From positions 1-44,874 of IMG/VR virus record IMGVR_UViG_3300027819_000019: a stretch of DNA of 44,874 nucleotides. One strand, 5' to 3'. The first letter of the stretch is position 1. Each line of letters begins with the position of its first letter. Source of the stretch: a virus (Duplodnaviria; Caudoviricetes). The position numbers and the translations under genes were made by a program. Below, one piece after another: positions 1-7,982 of the stretch. The notes under the pieces were generated by a model. It ran no database searches. It saw only the letters and a program-made list of their open reading frames with translations, and was not told the origin of the DNA.

Positions 1-143
1 CACCTGGAACGAGTACCCCCGCGCTGTCGGAGAGCTGAAGGCGCTCCAGGCGCAGAATGCCGCCCTCGACATCAAAAAGCTCCAGGCTGAGATTGCTCGG
101 GGCGGCGAGGTATCTCCGAGCACCATCGCCCAATTGGCGCAGT
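1..143. repeat. Terminal direct repeat, left copy (circular assembly overlap)
   Basis: 1-143 matches 44732-44874 except C17 versus A44748; an ORF reads through the join. Confidence 0.95.
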
Positions 144-1513
144 CGAAGCAACAGTTCGACCTTCGCATGGCACAGGACTTTGCCGAAAAGGGCGCTGCTG
201 TCGTCGAAGAGCAGCGCCAGTTCCAAGAGAAGATGGCTTTCGAGAAGGCCAAGTTCGATCAGGAGGCTGTTGCGTCCGCAGAGAAGCGGGACATTCAGCA
301 GGAGCAGTTCGCGTCCGGTCAGGCGCTCAGCCGCGAGCAGTTGGACAAGCAGCGTGGCGACACGCTCCTCGGTCTTGGCTCTCGGCCGGACACGCTCATC
401 CGCTACCTCTATGCGCTTCGTGGGCAGCAGGCCCCGCAGCAGCTCGGCGGTGTTGCCCCCGCGCTTCCCGGCTATCCCGGCATCAACGCGCTGCCGCAGG
501 GTGGCGCTCCGAACGTGGGCGTCCCTTCTTCTTCCCCGGCTGTCAGCGCGGCTGGGTCTCCACCTCCCCAGCCTGCGCTCGCCGGGGCACGCGCGAGTAT
601 CAACCTTCCGAACGTCGGCGCGGCACCCGCTGGCGTCGGCGCTCCGAATCTGACCGCTCAGCCCGGTTACATCGACCAGAGGCTCCTTCCGGGCACCAAC
701 CCGCTCGCCTCGCTTGCTCCGGCCGGTGGCGTGGCGCCGACGCTCGTTCCGCAGTCTCCGCTCGCGCTCGCGAATCAGGCGCCGGGTACCATCTCCATCA
801 ACGGCGGTGGCGGCACGGCGCCGTTCAGTGGACTTGCCAAGGACTTCGGTTGGGTGCCGACCCGGAACCCGCTCGCCACGCCGGTAGCGATGCAGGACGG
901 CGAGAACATTCGCTACGGCGCTCGCAACGAGTACGCGCAGGGCGGCGTTATCCCAGAGCACGTCGTCGGGGTCGGTCAGGACAGCGGACAGACCTACGAG
1001 TTCGGCGAAGAGGGCACCGAGGCGGTCATGTCGAACGACATGCTCGAACGCCTCATGGCCGTTGCCGGCAAGGTGGACTTCAACAGCAAGGGATCGGACG
1101 GCAAGAGCCAGCGCATCACCATGACGCTCAACGGCCCACCGAAACTCGGCAAGAAGAAGATGCCCGAATCACCCATGAACTCCTATGCTGCGGGCGGTAC
1201 CATCGGCTACTCGGGCGGGAAGAACGACTACAACCCGCAGGTGTTCAACCCGCCGAACCTCTCGGGCATCGTCGGCCAGGGATTCAACACCCCCGGCATC
1301 CCGCTTCCCCCACAAGTGAACATGCTCACGGGCGGCGGGCAGTCGCTCATCCCGAGCGCGCAGACGCTCTCGAATGCGCTGCCCTCCGAGGTTGGCGCGT
1401 ACTCCGGGTTCCTCACCGATGAGGCCGGGGTCCGCCCGGAAGATGTGTTCGCGCTCGGCAAGCGGCTTGCGCCAAAAGTAACGGGGGTTCGCACTCCCAG
1501 CTACGCCGGTTAG
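1..1513 (+). CDS. 3' part of a Pro/Ala/Gly/Gln-rich putative internal virion (ejection) protein that starts at ATG 44604 and crosses the join (546 aa in total)
   Basis: In frame with ATG 44604 through the terminal repeat; coiled-coil then low-complexity sequence; lies between portal and scaffold. Function inferred from position. Confidence 0.6.
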   Translation, partial: TWNEYPRAVGELKALQAQNAALDIKKLQAEIARGGEVSPSTIAQLAQSKQQFDLRMAQDFAEKGAAVVEEQRQFQEKMAFEKAKFDQEAVASAEKRDIQQEQFASGQALSREQLDKQRGDTLLGLGSRPDTLIRYLYALRGQQAPQQLGGVAPALPGYPGINALPQGGAPNVGVPSSSPAVSAAGSPPPQPALAGARASINLPNVGAAPAGVGAPNLTAQPGYIDQRLLPGTNPLASLAPAGGVAPTLVPQSPLALANQAPGTISINGGGGTAPFSGLAKDFGWVPTRNPLATPVAMQDGENIRYGARNEYAQGGVIPEHVVGVGQDSGQTYEFGEEGTEAVMSNDMLERLMAVAGKVDFNSKGSDGKSQRITMTLNGPPKLGKKKMPESPMNSYAAGGTIGYSGGKNDYNPQVFNPPNLSGIVGQGFNTPGIPLPPQVNMLTGGGQSLIPSAQTLSNALPSEVGAYSGFLTDEAGVRPEDVFALGKRLAPKVTGVRTPSYAG

Positions 1514-1515
1514 CC

Positions 1516-4500
1516 GTGGCCAGAGGTCAGCCCACCGAGGGCGACAACACCCCGCCGCCGCTCATCCCGCCACCTCTTGGCCTTGCGGGACTCGGCGATG
1601 CGTACTCGGGATCACCGAACGTTCCGAATCCCGCCCCAGTGTTCAATCCGCTGAAACTTCCGGGTGACATCGCCGCCTATCTCGGCGACCCGAACGTGCG
1701 CGAGGCGTACCGCAACCGTCTCGGCGCCGTTCCGGTGCTCGACCCGTTGCTACGGTTCGGTAGTGATGTCGCCGAGCAGACGTTCCCGCCGTTCTTTGCC
1801 CAGCGACAGGCTGCGGGGCTAGAGGACCCGACCATTCCCCCGATCCTTCCAGGTGTTGGCTTTGTGGCGGCTGGGGTGAAGAAGGTCGGGGCGGCCGAAG
1901 GTGCCCTCGCGAAGTTGGCGAAGCCGCTCGCATCCGAGGTCCGCGCCACTCCGGGTTTTCTTCGCACGGCAGAGCAGAAGATTGCCGCGCCGACCGTCAC
2001 GTCCGCTGAGAAGTACGCGGGCAACATCAACCTCGACCGTCTGAATCTCTCGGACGACGCGAAGGGAATCATCAAGGCCGCCCAGGACCAGATGCCACCG
2101 CGCGTCGTTCAGCCGCACGAGGAGACCGTGGCGCTCGCGCAGGAGATTCTGCTGTCGTCGAAACTGACGGGCGTAGACCCGGTTGACCTTGCGAAGAACT
2201 TTGCCAAGAGGCAACTGCGGGCAGAAGAGGTCACTGCGACCCGCATGGCGGCAGCCGAGAAGGTCAGCGCCGCCGCCCTCGCCACGGAGAACGCGGTCAA
2301 GGGTGGTCTGACGCCGCAAGGGATGGCTGCGGCGGAGCGTGAACTGCTCCAATACTTGGAGATATCCGACAGCCTCTCGGGCATCACGACTGCGAGCGGT
2401 CGGAACTTGGATGCGTTCAACATCATCGTCGAGGGGGCGCACGGGAACTACTCCGCCGCAGCCGAGGCGATGAGCAAGCTCGGGAATCTGGAACTGCGGA
2501 AGGACTATCTGAAACTGCTGGCCCAGATTGACCCCAAGGACCAGGGTCGTCTCGGCGACTTCGTTCGTAAGGTCGAAGGGGAGTTGGCGAAGCCGCTTGC
2601 GAGTGGAGCGAAGCCGGTGGATGTCGGCTGGTGGATGCAGCACATCTTCATCAACGGCATCATGTCCGGCCTGTCGAACGTTCGGAACGTCGTCGGCAAC
2701 ACGGCGAAGCTGGGGAAGACGGTCGCGGAGTTGTACGGCGCGGTGCCCATCGGTGGCGGGTCGGTGTCTTTGTCCGCCGCCAACGCCTTCACCGGGACGT
2801 TGCTCACGCGCGGCGTTCGTCGCGGGATGGCGCGCGGCTGGGGCACGTTCATTCATCGCTCCATCGGAGACTTCGCCAAACTCGATACGACCACCAGTGA
2901 CCTTCTGCGCTACCCCACGCGAGAGAACGGCGTCGGGAAGGTCGTCGCTGGAACTGCGGACTTCATTGGCCTTCCCGGTCGAACGATGGTCGCTGCGGAC
3001 TCGTTCTACAAGGGCATGTACGAGGAGGCGTTCAAGGCACTCCACGCCACGCAGGCCGCCGACGTGCTGAAACTGACCGGAGACAAGCGGGCTGGATTCA
3101 TCGCCGACCGCATCGCCAACCCTTCGGTCAAAGAGGTTCGTCTCGCCCGCGATGCCGCGATCGAATACACCTACAACGCGAGAACGGGACTGGCGAAGTG
3201 GGCCATTGAGGGACGCGACAAGGTCCCGCTCGGCATTGGGCGACTCATCGCTCCGTTCATCAATACGCCAACGAACATCCTGAAGGATGCCGTTCAGTCA
3301 ACCCCGGCTGGTTTCATCGGAGCGAACAGGGCAGTTGGAGCATTCGGCGAGGCCGAGCGAGCGGTTCGCTACTCGCGTGCCATTCTTGGCTCGACCGCGA
3401 TGGCCGTCATCTACGTCGAGATGGCGCAGGGGAACATCACCGGCTACAACCCGTACCGCTACGGCACGACCGAGGCGGACATATGGGCCAAGGACAATCT
3501 GGAGCTTGGCGTGAAGACGCCGTGGGGTGACCTGTCGCTTCTCAACTATCCGCCGTTCTCCACGGTCGGAAAGTTCGTTGCGAGCATTCAGGACACCCAG
3601 CGCAAGCATGGGGAGGATGGCCTCACGCCAGAACTGCTGAGTAGAATCCTGCTTCGGATGGCCGACACGACACTCGACGAGTCGTTCTTCAACGGCATCA
3701 CGAACCTCCAGGATGCCATCAACGACCCCGACCGCTCGGCGAAGACATGGATTCGACAGATCGCTACTGCCCCAATCCCGTACTCCGGGGCGCTACGACT
3801 CTACAACCAGGTCCAGGGAGTAGCGCCGCGCGACCCGCAGTCGTTCGAGGACTACATGATTTCCAACCTCCCGGTGCTCGGCGAGACGCTTCGTCCGAAG
3901 ATCGGGGCGCTCGGCCCGGCGGAGCCGAGAACGAACACCGGAGTGCTCGCGTTCGTCCCCTCTCGTGTCCAGCAGCCGCACGCTGACGAGTTCGAGCGGA
4001 GACTGCTGTATCTCAAAGACTTCGGGCTGACCATTCCAGAGCCTGTCCAGTCGGATGTCGGTCGTGGGGTCAAACTGAAGGATGACGAGCTGTACGAACT
4101 CCGCAGGGCCGCCTACCCGAAGACCCTCGACGCCCTCCACGAAACGATGGGGAAGCCGGGATTCAACTCTCTGCCGGAGCAGGAGCAGGTTCGGTTGCTG
4201 AGGGGTGCCTTTGACGCCGCCCGCAACGACGCCAAGGTGGAGACTGCGATGACTGTCCTGCTTCCGAGGGCCACCACCCCGGAGGCGGTGGCGAGCGTGG
4301 CGCTCATCGGCCTTTCCGCGTACTCCCGCCAGGCCGACAAGGCCCGGTGGATCGAGGACATTCAGAAGGCTGGGAAGATGACCCCGGCCGCGGCCCAGGC
4401 CATCGACGACGCCCGGCCCACGAAGGCACCTGGCCTGAAGGCCGACCCGACCGTGGCGGAGTACGTCAGGTTCGCCCCACTTGTCCAGAAGTACCTCGCC

Positions 4501-4725
4501 ACCAAGCCGTTCCTCATCGGCGACCCGACCACATGGAAGAAGTTGGAGGCCGCCCGGCAGGACTATAACGCCGCGAAGGCCGTCAACGCCTTTGCCCCAA
4601 AGCCGTCCATCGTCAGACTGTACGAGTTGCCCTCCGCCGCCAATCCAGCCAGGGCACGCCTCGTGTCGCTCAACAAGGGTTTGGACAGGTTCGTGACCGA
4701 CAGCACCTACCTCTGGCGACCCTAA
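1516..4725 (+). CDS. Large internal virion / DNA ejection-type protein (1069 aa)
   Basis: Large, Ala-rich, helical; PFINTPTNILK motif of the kind seen in podovirus ejection proteins; position in the head module. Confidence 0.6.
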   Translation: MARGQPTEGDNTPPPLIPPPLGLAGLGDAYSGSPNVPNPAPVFNPLKLPGDIAAYLGDPNVREAYRNRLGAVPVLDPLLRFGSDVAEQTFPPFFAQRQAAGLEDPTIPPILPGVGFVAAGVKKVGAAEGALAKLAKPLASEVRATPGFLRTAEQKIAAPTVTSAEKYAGNINLDRLNLSDDAKGIIKAAQDQMPPRVVQPHEETVALAQEILLSSKLTGVDPVDLAKNFAKRQLRAEEVTATRMAAAEKVSAAALATENAVKGGLTPQGMAAAERELLQYLEISDSLSGITTASGRNLDAFNIIVEGAHGNYSAAAEAMSKLGNLELRKDYLKLLAQIDPKDQGRLGDFVRKVEGELAKPLASGAKPVDVGWWMQHIFINGIMSGLSNVRNVVGNTAKLGKTVAELYGAVPIGGGSVSLSAANAFTGTLLTRGVRRGMARGWGTFIHRSIGDFAKLDTTTSDLLRYPTRENGVGKVVAGTADFIGLPGRTMVAADSFYKGMYEEAFKALHATQAADVLKLTGDKRAGFIADRIANPSVKEVRLARDAAIEYTYNARTGLAKWAIEGRDKVPLGIGRLIAPFINTPTNILKDAVQSTPAGFIGANRAVGAFGEAERAVRYSRAILGSTAMAVIYVEMAQGNITGYNPYRYGTTEADIWAKDNLELGVKTPWGDLSLLNYPPFSTVGKFVASIQDTQRKHGEDGLTPELLSRILLRMADTTLDESFFNGITNLQDAINDPDRSAKTWIRQIATAPIPYSGALRLYNQVQGVAPRDPQSFEDYMISNLPVLGETLRPKIGALGPAEPRTNTGVLAFVPSRVQQPHADEFERRLLYLKDFGLTIPEPVQSDVGRGVKLKDDELYELRRAAYPKTLDALHETMGKPGFNSLPEQEQVRLLRGAFDAARNDAKVETAMTVLLPRATTPEAVASVALIGLSAYSRQADKARWIEDIQKAGKMTPAAAQAIDDARPTKAPGLKADPTVAEYVRFAPLVQKYLATKPFLIGDPTTWKKLEAARQDYNAAKAVNAFAPKPSIVRLYELPSAANPARARLVSLNKGLDRFVTDSTYLWRP

Positions 4726-4747
4726 AACTCGGTAAACCTACCCACCG

Positions 4748-4758
4748 TGTGCTATGTT
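4748..4758 (+). promoter_or_regulatory. Candidate extended -10 promoter for scaffold and capsid genes
   Basis: TGTGCTATGTT in a short AT-richer intergenic gap; AGGAGG at 4771-4776 before ATG 4789. Confidence 0.4.
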
Positions 4759-4788
4759 TTCCTCTAGCAAAGGAGGCAAACAAGACAC

Positions 4789-5541
4789 ATGGCCGAAAAC
4801 GAGACAACGGCCCAGGCCGAAACCGCACCCGCGAACGACGCGGTGGCGCAAACGGCAGGGACGAGTGTCACGACAACGCCGCTCACCATCGAAGCACTCA
4901 CCAGCGCGCTGCTCCCAGAGATCGAGAAACGCCTGAAACCAGCCTACGACGCCGCGAGGCGAGCGGAGGCCAAAGCCGAGCGGGCGCCGCAGCAGGTCCT
5001 CTCGCAGATACAGCCGATGCGCGAAGCATTGGACGAGCTGTTGACGCAGAACCTCAACGACGACCAGAAGGCCAGGTTCAAGGCGGAGCGCGCCCTCGCA
5101 AACAGCCAGCGGACTGACCCGGCGCAGGAAGCCGAGCGCGAGCAGGAAGTCTTCAGGCAGGAAGCCTCATCCGTCTTGGCGGAAGAGGGCGTGAGCGCCG
5201 AAGACCCCGTGTTCGCCGAGGCGTACCAGCGGTACGGCCAGAACGCAAAAACTCCCGCGCAGTGGCGGTTGGTCCTTGGGCGGGCCATCGCTGAGGTCCA
5301 CAAGACCAAGGCGAAGCAGGCCGAGGGTACCTACGCCGAGCGCGAGAAGAAGGCTCGCGAGGACGAACGCTCCAAGTTCCGCAACGAGCAGCGCGAAACG
5401 GAAGGCATCGTGGACCGAGGTGCCGGAGCCTCCTCTGGCGCAAAAACGGATTGGGTCAACATGCCAGCAGAAGAGTTCGCAACTCGGGAGGCCGCAAAAG
5501 ATGCGGCCGCTCTTGCTCGGCGCATGAGAGCCCTCCGCTAA
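4789..5541 (+). CDS. Putative capsid scaffolding protein
   Basis: Charged, helical 250-aa protein immediately upstream of the capsid gene, strong SD. Confidence 0.7.
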   Translation: MAENETTAQAETAPANDAVAQTAGTSVTTTPLTIEALTSALLPEIEKRLKPAYDAARRAEAKAERAPQQVLSQIQPMREALDELLTQNLNDDQKARFKAERALANSQRTDPAQEAEREQEVFRQEASSVLAEEGVSAEDPVFAEAYQRYGQNAKTPAQWRLVLGRAIAEVHKTKAKQAEGTYAEREKKAREDERSKFRNEQRETEGIVDRGAGASSGAKTDWVNMPAEEFATREAAKDAAALARRMRALR

Positions 5542-5552
5542 AGGAAAACTAG

Positions 5553-5825
5553 ATGCCTCTCTCAATCCGCGGGGGCGCGAACGCCCTTGCCGGAAGCGAA
5601 GACAAAGAGTACTTCGTTCGGAAGATGCTCGCCCGTGCCGTCCCGAAGCTTGTTCACGACCAGTTCGGTGACAAGAGCTACATCCCCGTGCGCGGCGGGC
5701 AGTCCATCGAGTGGCGGCGCCTCTCGACGATTGCCGCGAGCACCACGGCCCTCACCGAGGGCACGCCCGGTGCCGAGACGATCCCGACTGTCGTGAGCGT
5801 GACGGCCACCGTGAACCAGTACGGT
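5553..5825 (+). CDS. Major capsid protein, N4-gp56 family, exon 1 (91 aa)
   Basis: Motifs VHDQFG..IP..GG.SIEWRR, ALTEG.P, VTATVNQYG; similarity stops exactly at QYG. Confidence 0.88.
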
Positions 5826-6578
5826 AAAATGTTGAACAGCCTGCTTCATCGACTGTTCGATCTCTTCCGCTTTGTAGCCCCAGAGATGGCTACCTAGCGT
5901 GGATGCTGGCCGTATGAAAACCCGTCAAACTCACTCAAAGGCTAGAACAGCAGAGAGTGAGCCAAGCCCCGTTCTGGGGAAGGTGCAGAGACTTGACGGC
6001 GGGCCTCTGGGTAGTATTGCCTACGATGGTGTATACTCTCAGAGTGAAGGCAAAGTCCGAACCACGCAGGGATGCGTGGAGGGCGGCGGAAACGACCGTC
6101 CCAACCCACGTCTTGGACGTTCAGGGTGTGGAGATTTCCCCGATTTGGCAGGCCGAGTTCCGTGGCTTCTTCTGGGGCGAGGGAACGATAGCCATCAATC
6201 ATGCCAGGGGTCGGTTCTCATTCGCGAACGTGGCGAGCATTGGACTTCGTTCTGATGACGCTCCAATCCTTCTTGAGTTCCAGCGCCGCCTCGGCGGTTG
6301 TGTTCGGATCGAGAAGTATCGCGATGGGACCGCAAAGACCATCACACGATGGGTTGTCGGGGTGGCGAAAGACTGCCAACGAGTTGGCGAGGTTCTGGCC
6401 GGGGGCGACTCCGGGCTCCCGTTCCTCAAAAAGCGCCAACTCGACATCTGGCGGACAGCCGTCTCCATCAAGGTCGGCGGATACTCGGGAACTCGCTACT
6501 CGGAACGAGAGCGGGACTACCTCGTCTTCGCCGCAGCAGAACTCCAACGACTTCGCAAATGGGTCAGTAACAACTAAG
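5826..6578 (+). ncRNA. Group I self-splicing intron (753 nt) in the major capsid gene
   Basis: 5' exon ends in U, intron ends in G6578; IGS TGCTG-GCCGTA (5904-5914) pairs with TACGGT|CAGCA; P3 CCGTCAA/TTGACGG; P4 CTCACTC/GAGTGAG; P7 GAGACT (5988-5993)/AGTCC (6054-6058); P9 CCACGCA/TGCGTGG; removal restores the frame. Confidence 0.9.
6128..6577 (+). CDS. Intron-encoded single-motif LAGLIDADG homing endonuclease
   Basis: AEFRGFFWGEG motif with catalytic Glu, D.PIL..FQRRLGG, RW.V and KK.Q..IW patterns; GTG 6128 start is uncertain. Confidence 0.85.
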   Translation: MEISPIWQAEFRGFFWGEGTIAINHARGRFSFANVASIGLRSDDAPILLEFQRRLGGCVRIEKYRDGTAKTITRWVVGVAKDCQRVGEVLAGGDSGLPFLKKRQLDIWRTAVSIKVGGYSGTRYSERERDYLVFAAAELQRLRKWVSNN

Positions 6579-7292
6579 CAGCACTACCTCTCGACGGACA
6601 TCGCGGCCTCGCAGTCCATCGACGACCTCAAGTCGGAAGGTGCGACCGCGCTCGGCGAGGCGATGGGCAACTCGCGCGACCAGCTCACGCGCAACGTCAT
6701 CAACGCGACCACGAGCATCCAGTACGCGAGCACGGCGACCTCACGCGCAACGGTCGCGTCGGGCATGCTGCTCAACTCGGCCGAGATTCGTGAGGCCACG
6801 GCGACCCTGAAGAACAACAACGCCCTTCCGTTCGCGGACGGTGGCTTCAAGGTCATCATCCACCCGTACACGGAGAGCGACCTCTTCAACGACCCCGCCA
6901 TCACCAACGCTTTCTCCTACGCGGGTGAGCGCGGTTCCGGCAACCCCATCTTCCAGGGCAAGCTCGGCCGCTACCTCGGCAACGACTTCTACGTCACCAC
7001 GAACGCCACGGCGACGACCGCCGCGGGCGTGTCGGTCGGTACCACGAACGGTGGCGCGGGCGTCGGCGCGACGGTCTACCGCACGCTCTTCATCGGCGAC
7101 CGGGCCTACGGCGTTGTCGCCCTGTCGGCGCTCACGGCGGACCTCATCTACCACGCTCCCGGTTCCTCGGGTGTGTTCGACCCGCTGGACCAGCTCTGGT
7201 CGCAGGGCTACAAGTTCTCGCACGCCGCTGCGATCCTCGACAACACGTGGATCGTCAGCGTCGAGCACGTCGTTTCCCAGGGCGTTTACTAG
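6579..7292 (+). CDS. Major capsid protein, exon 2 (237 aa; spliced product 328 aa)
   Basis: QHYLSTD..SID..LGEAMG.S.D, IIHP....DL, IFQGKLG...G..F, DPLDQ....GYK motifs of N4-gp56-type capsids. Confidence 0.88.
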   Translation, partial: QHYLSTDIAASQSIDDLKSEGATALGEAMGNSRDQLTRNVINATTSIQYASTATSRATVASGMLLNSAEIREATATLKNNNALPFADGGFKVIIHPYTESDLFNDPAITNAFSYAGERGSGNPIFQGKLGRYLGNDFYVTTNATATTAAGVSVGTTNGGAGVGATVYRTLFIGDRAYGVVALSALTADLIYHAPGSSGVFDPLDQLWSQGYKFSHAAAILDNTWIVSVEHVVSQGVY

Positions 7293-7301
7293 CAGCAAGT
7301 A

Positions 7302-7335
7302 GGGCGGAGGGGAGCCGACAACTCCCCTCCGGCCC
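7302..7335. terminator. Strong hairpin after the capsid gene (terminator or mRNA-stabilising stem)
   Basis: GGGC-GGAGGGGAG / CTCCCCTCC-G-GCCC; no U-tract on the + strand. Confidence 0.5.
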
Positions 7336-7358
7336 AAGAAAATAGGAGTCAATCGACA

Positions 7359-7982
7359 ATGTCAGAGCCGACGGCGACGGAATCCGGTCCCGAGGCAACG
7401 AAGCCAAGGCGGGGGCGTCCCCCGAAGAGCGAGCGCAAGGCGACCGACCGCGACCTCATCGAAGGTCTTGCGGCCACGGTCGCACAACTGAAGAAGGACC
7501 TCGCGGCCCGCAACGTTCAGGCCGACATACCCTCTATCGAGATTGCCGACATCAAGCTTGCCCCAGGACCCCAGCGTCCGAAGGCGGGCACCATCATCGA
7601 GGTTGGCAAGAACCCGGACGGCACCTCCGTCACGAGGAAGGTTCCGTTCACCCGCGCCGACCTCGACGCCGCGTCTCCCCCCGTGACGTTCACCCCACGT
7701 CGCAGCGCGCCCATGATCGTGCAGCGCGTGCGCTACGACTTCGTCGCGGATAAGGAAATCACCGTCCCGAGCGATGTCAGGGAAGAGTACGAGCGCCGCA
7801 TGAAGGCGCAGTTCCCCGACGTGGCATCCCGCTACCCCTCCATGACCCCGCAGCAGGACTACGAGATGAAGGAACGGGCCAAGCGTGGCCTCCCCGCGTG
7901 GTCGCCGCTCGCCTACTTCGGCACCGGGCTCGATGTCACGATGTCAGAAGGCGAGGCGCCGGTCGAGCCGGTCAAGCCTTAG
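7359..7982 (+). CDS. Hypothetical capsid-adjacent protein with AT-hook-like RRGRPPK
   Basis: AGGAG SD; RYDF..DKEITVP.DV pattern resembling proteins that follow N4-gp56-type capsid genes. Confidence 0.6.
   Translation: MSEPTATESGPEATKPRRGRPPKSERKATDRDLIEGLAATVAQLKKDLAARNVQADIPSIEIADIKLAPGPQRPKAGTIIEVGKNPDGTSVTRKVPFTRADLDAASPPVTFTPRRSAPMIVQRVRYDFVADKEITVPSDVREEYERRMKAQFPDVASRYPSMTPQQDYEMKERAKRGLPAWSPLAYFGTGLDVTMSEGEAPVEPVKP

Noticed and set aside
1-143. Terminal repeat as a biological genome end
   Set aside because: It falls inside a gene and its length is typical of assembler overlap; the single mismatch (Pro/Thr) is probably a variant or end error
5826-6578. Intein, frameshift or pseudogene explanation for the split capsid gene
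   Set aside because: In-frame stop, endonuclease in another frame, no intein termini, and clear group I pairings
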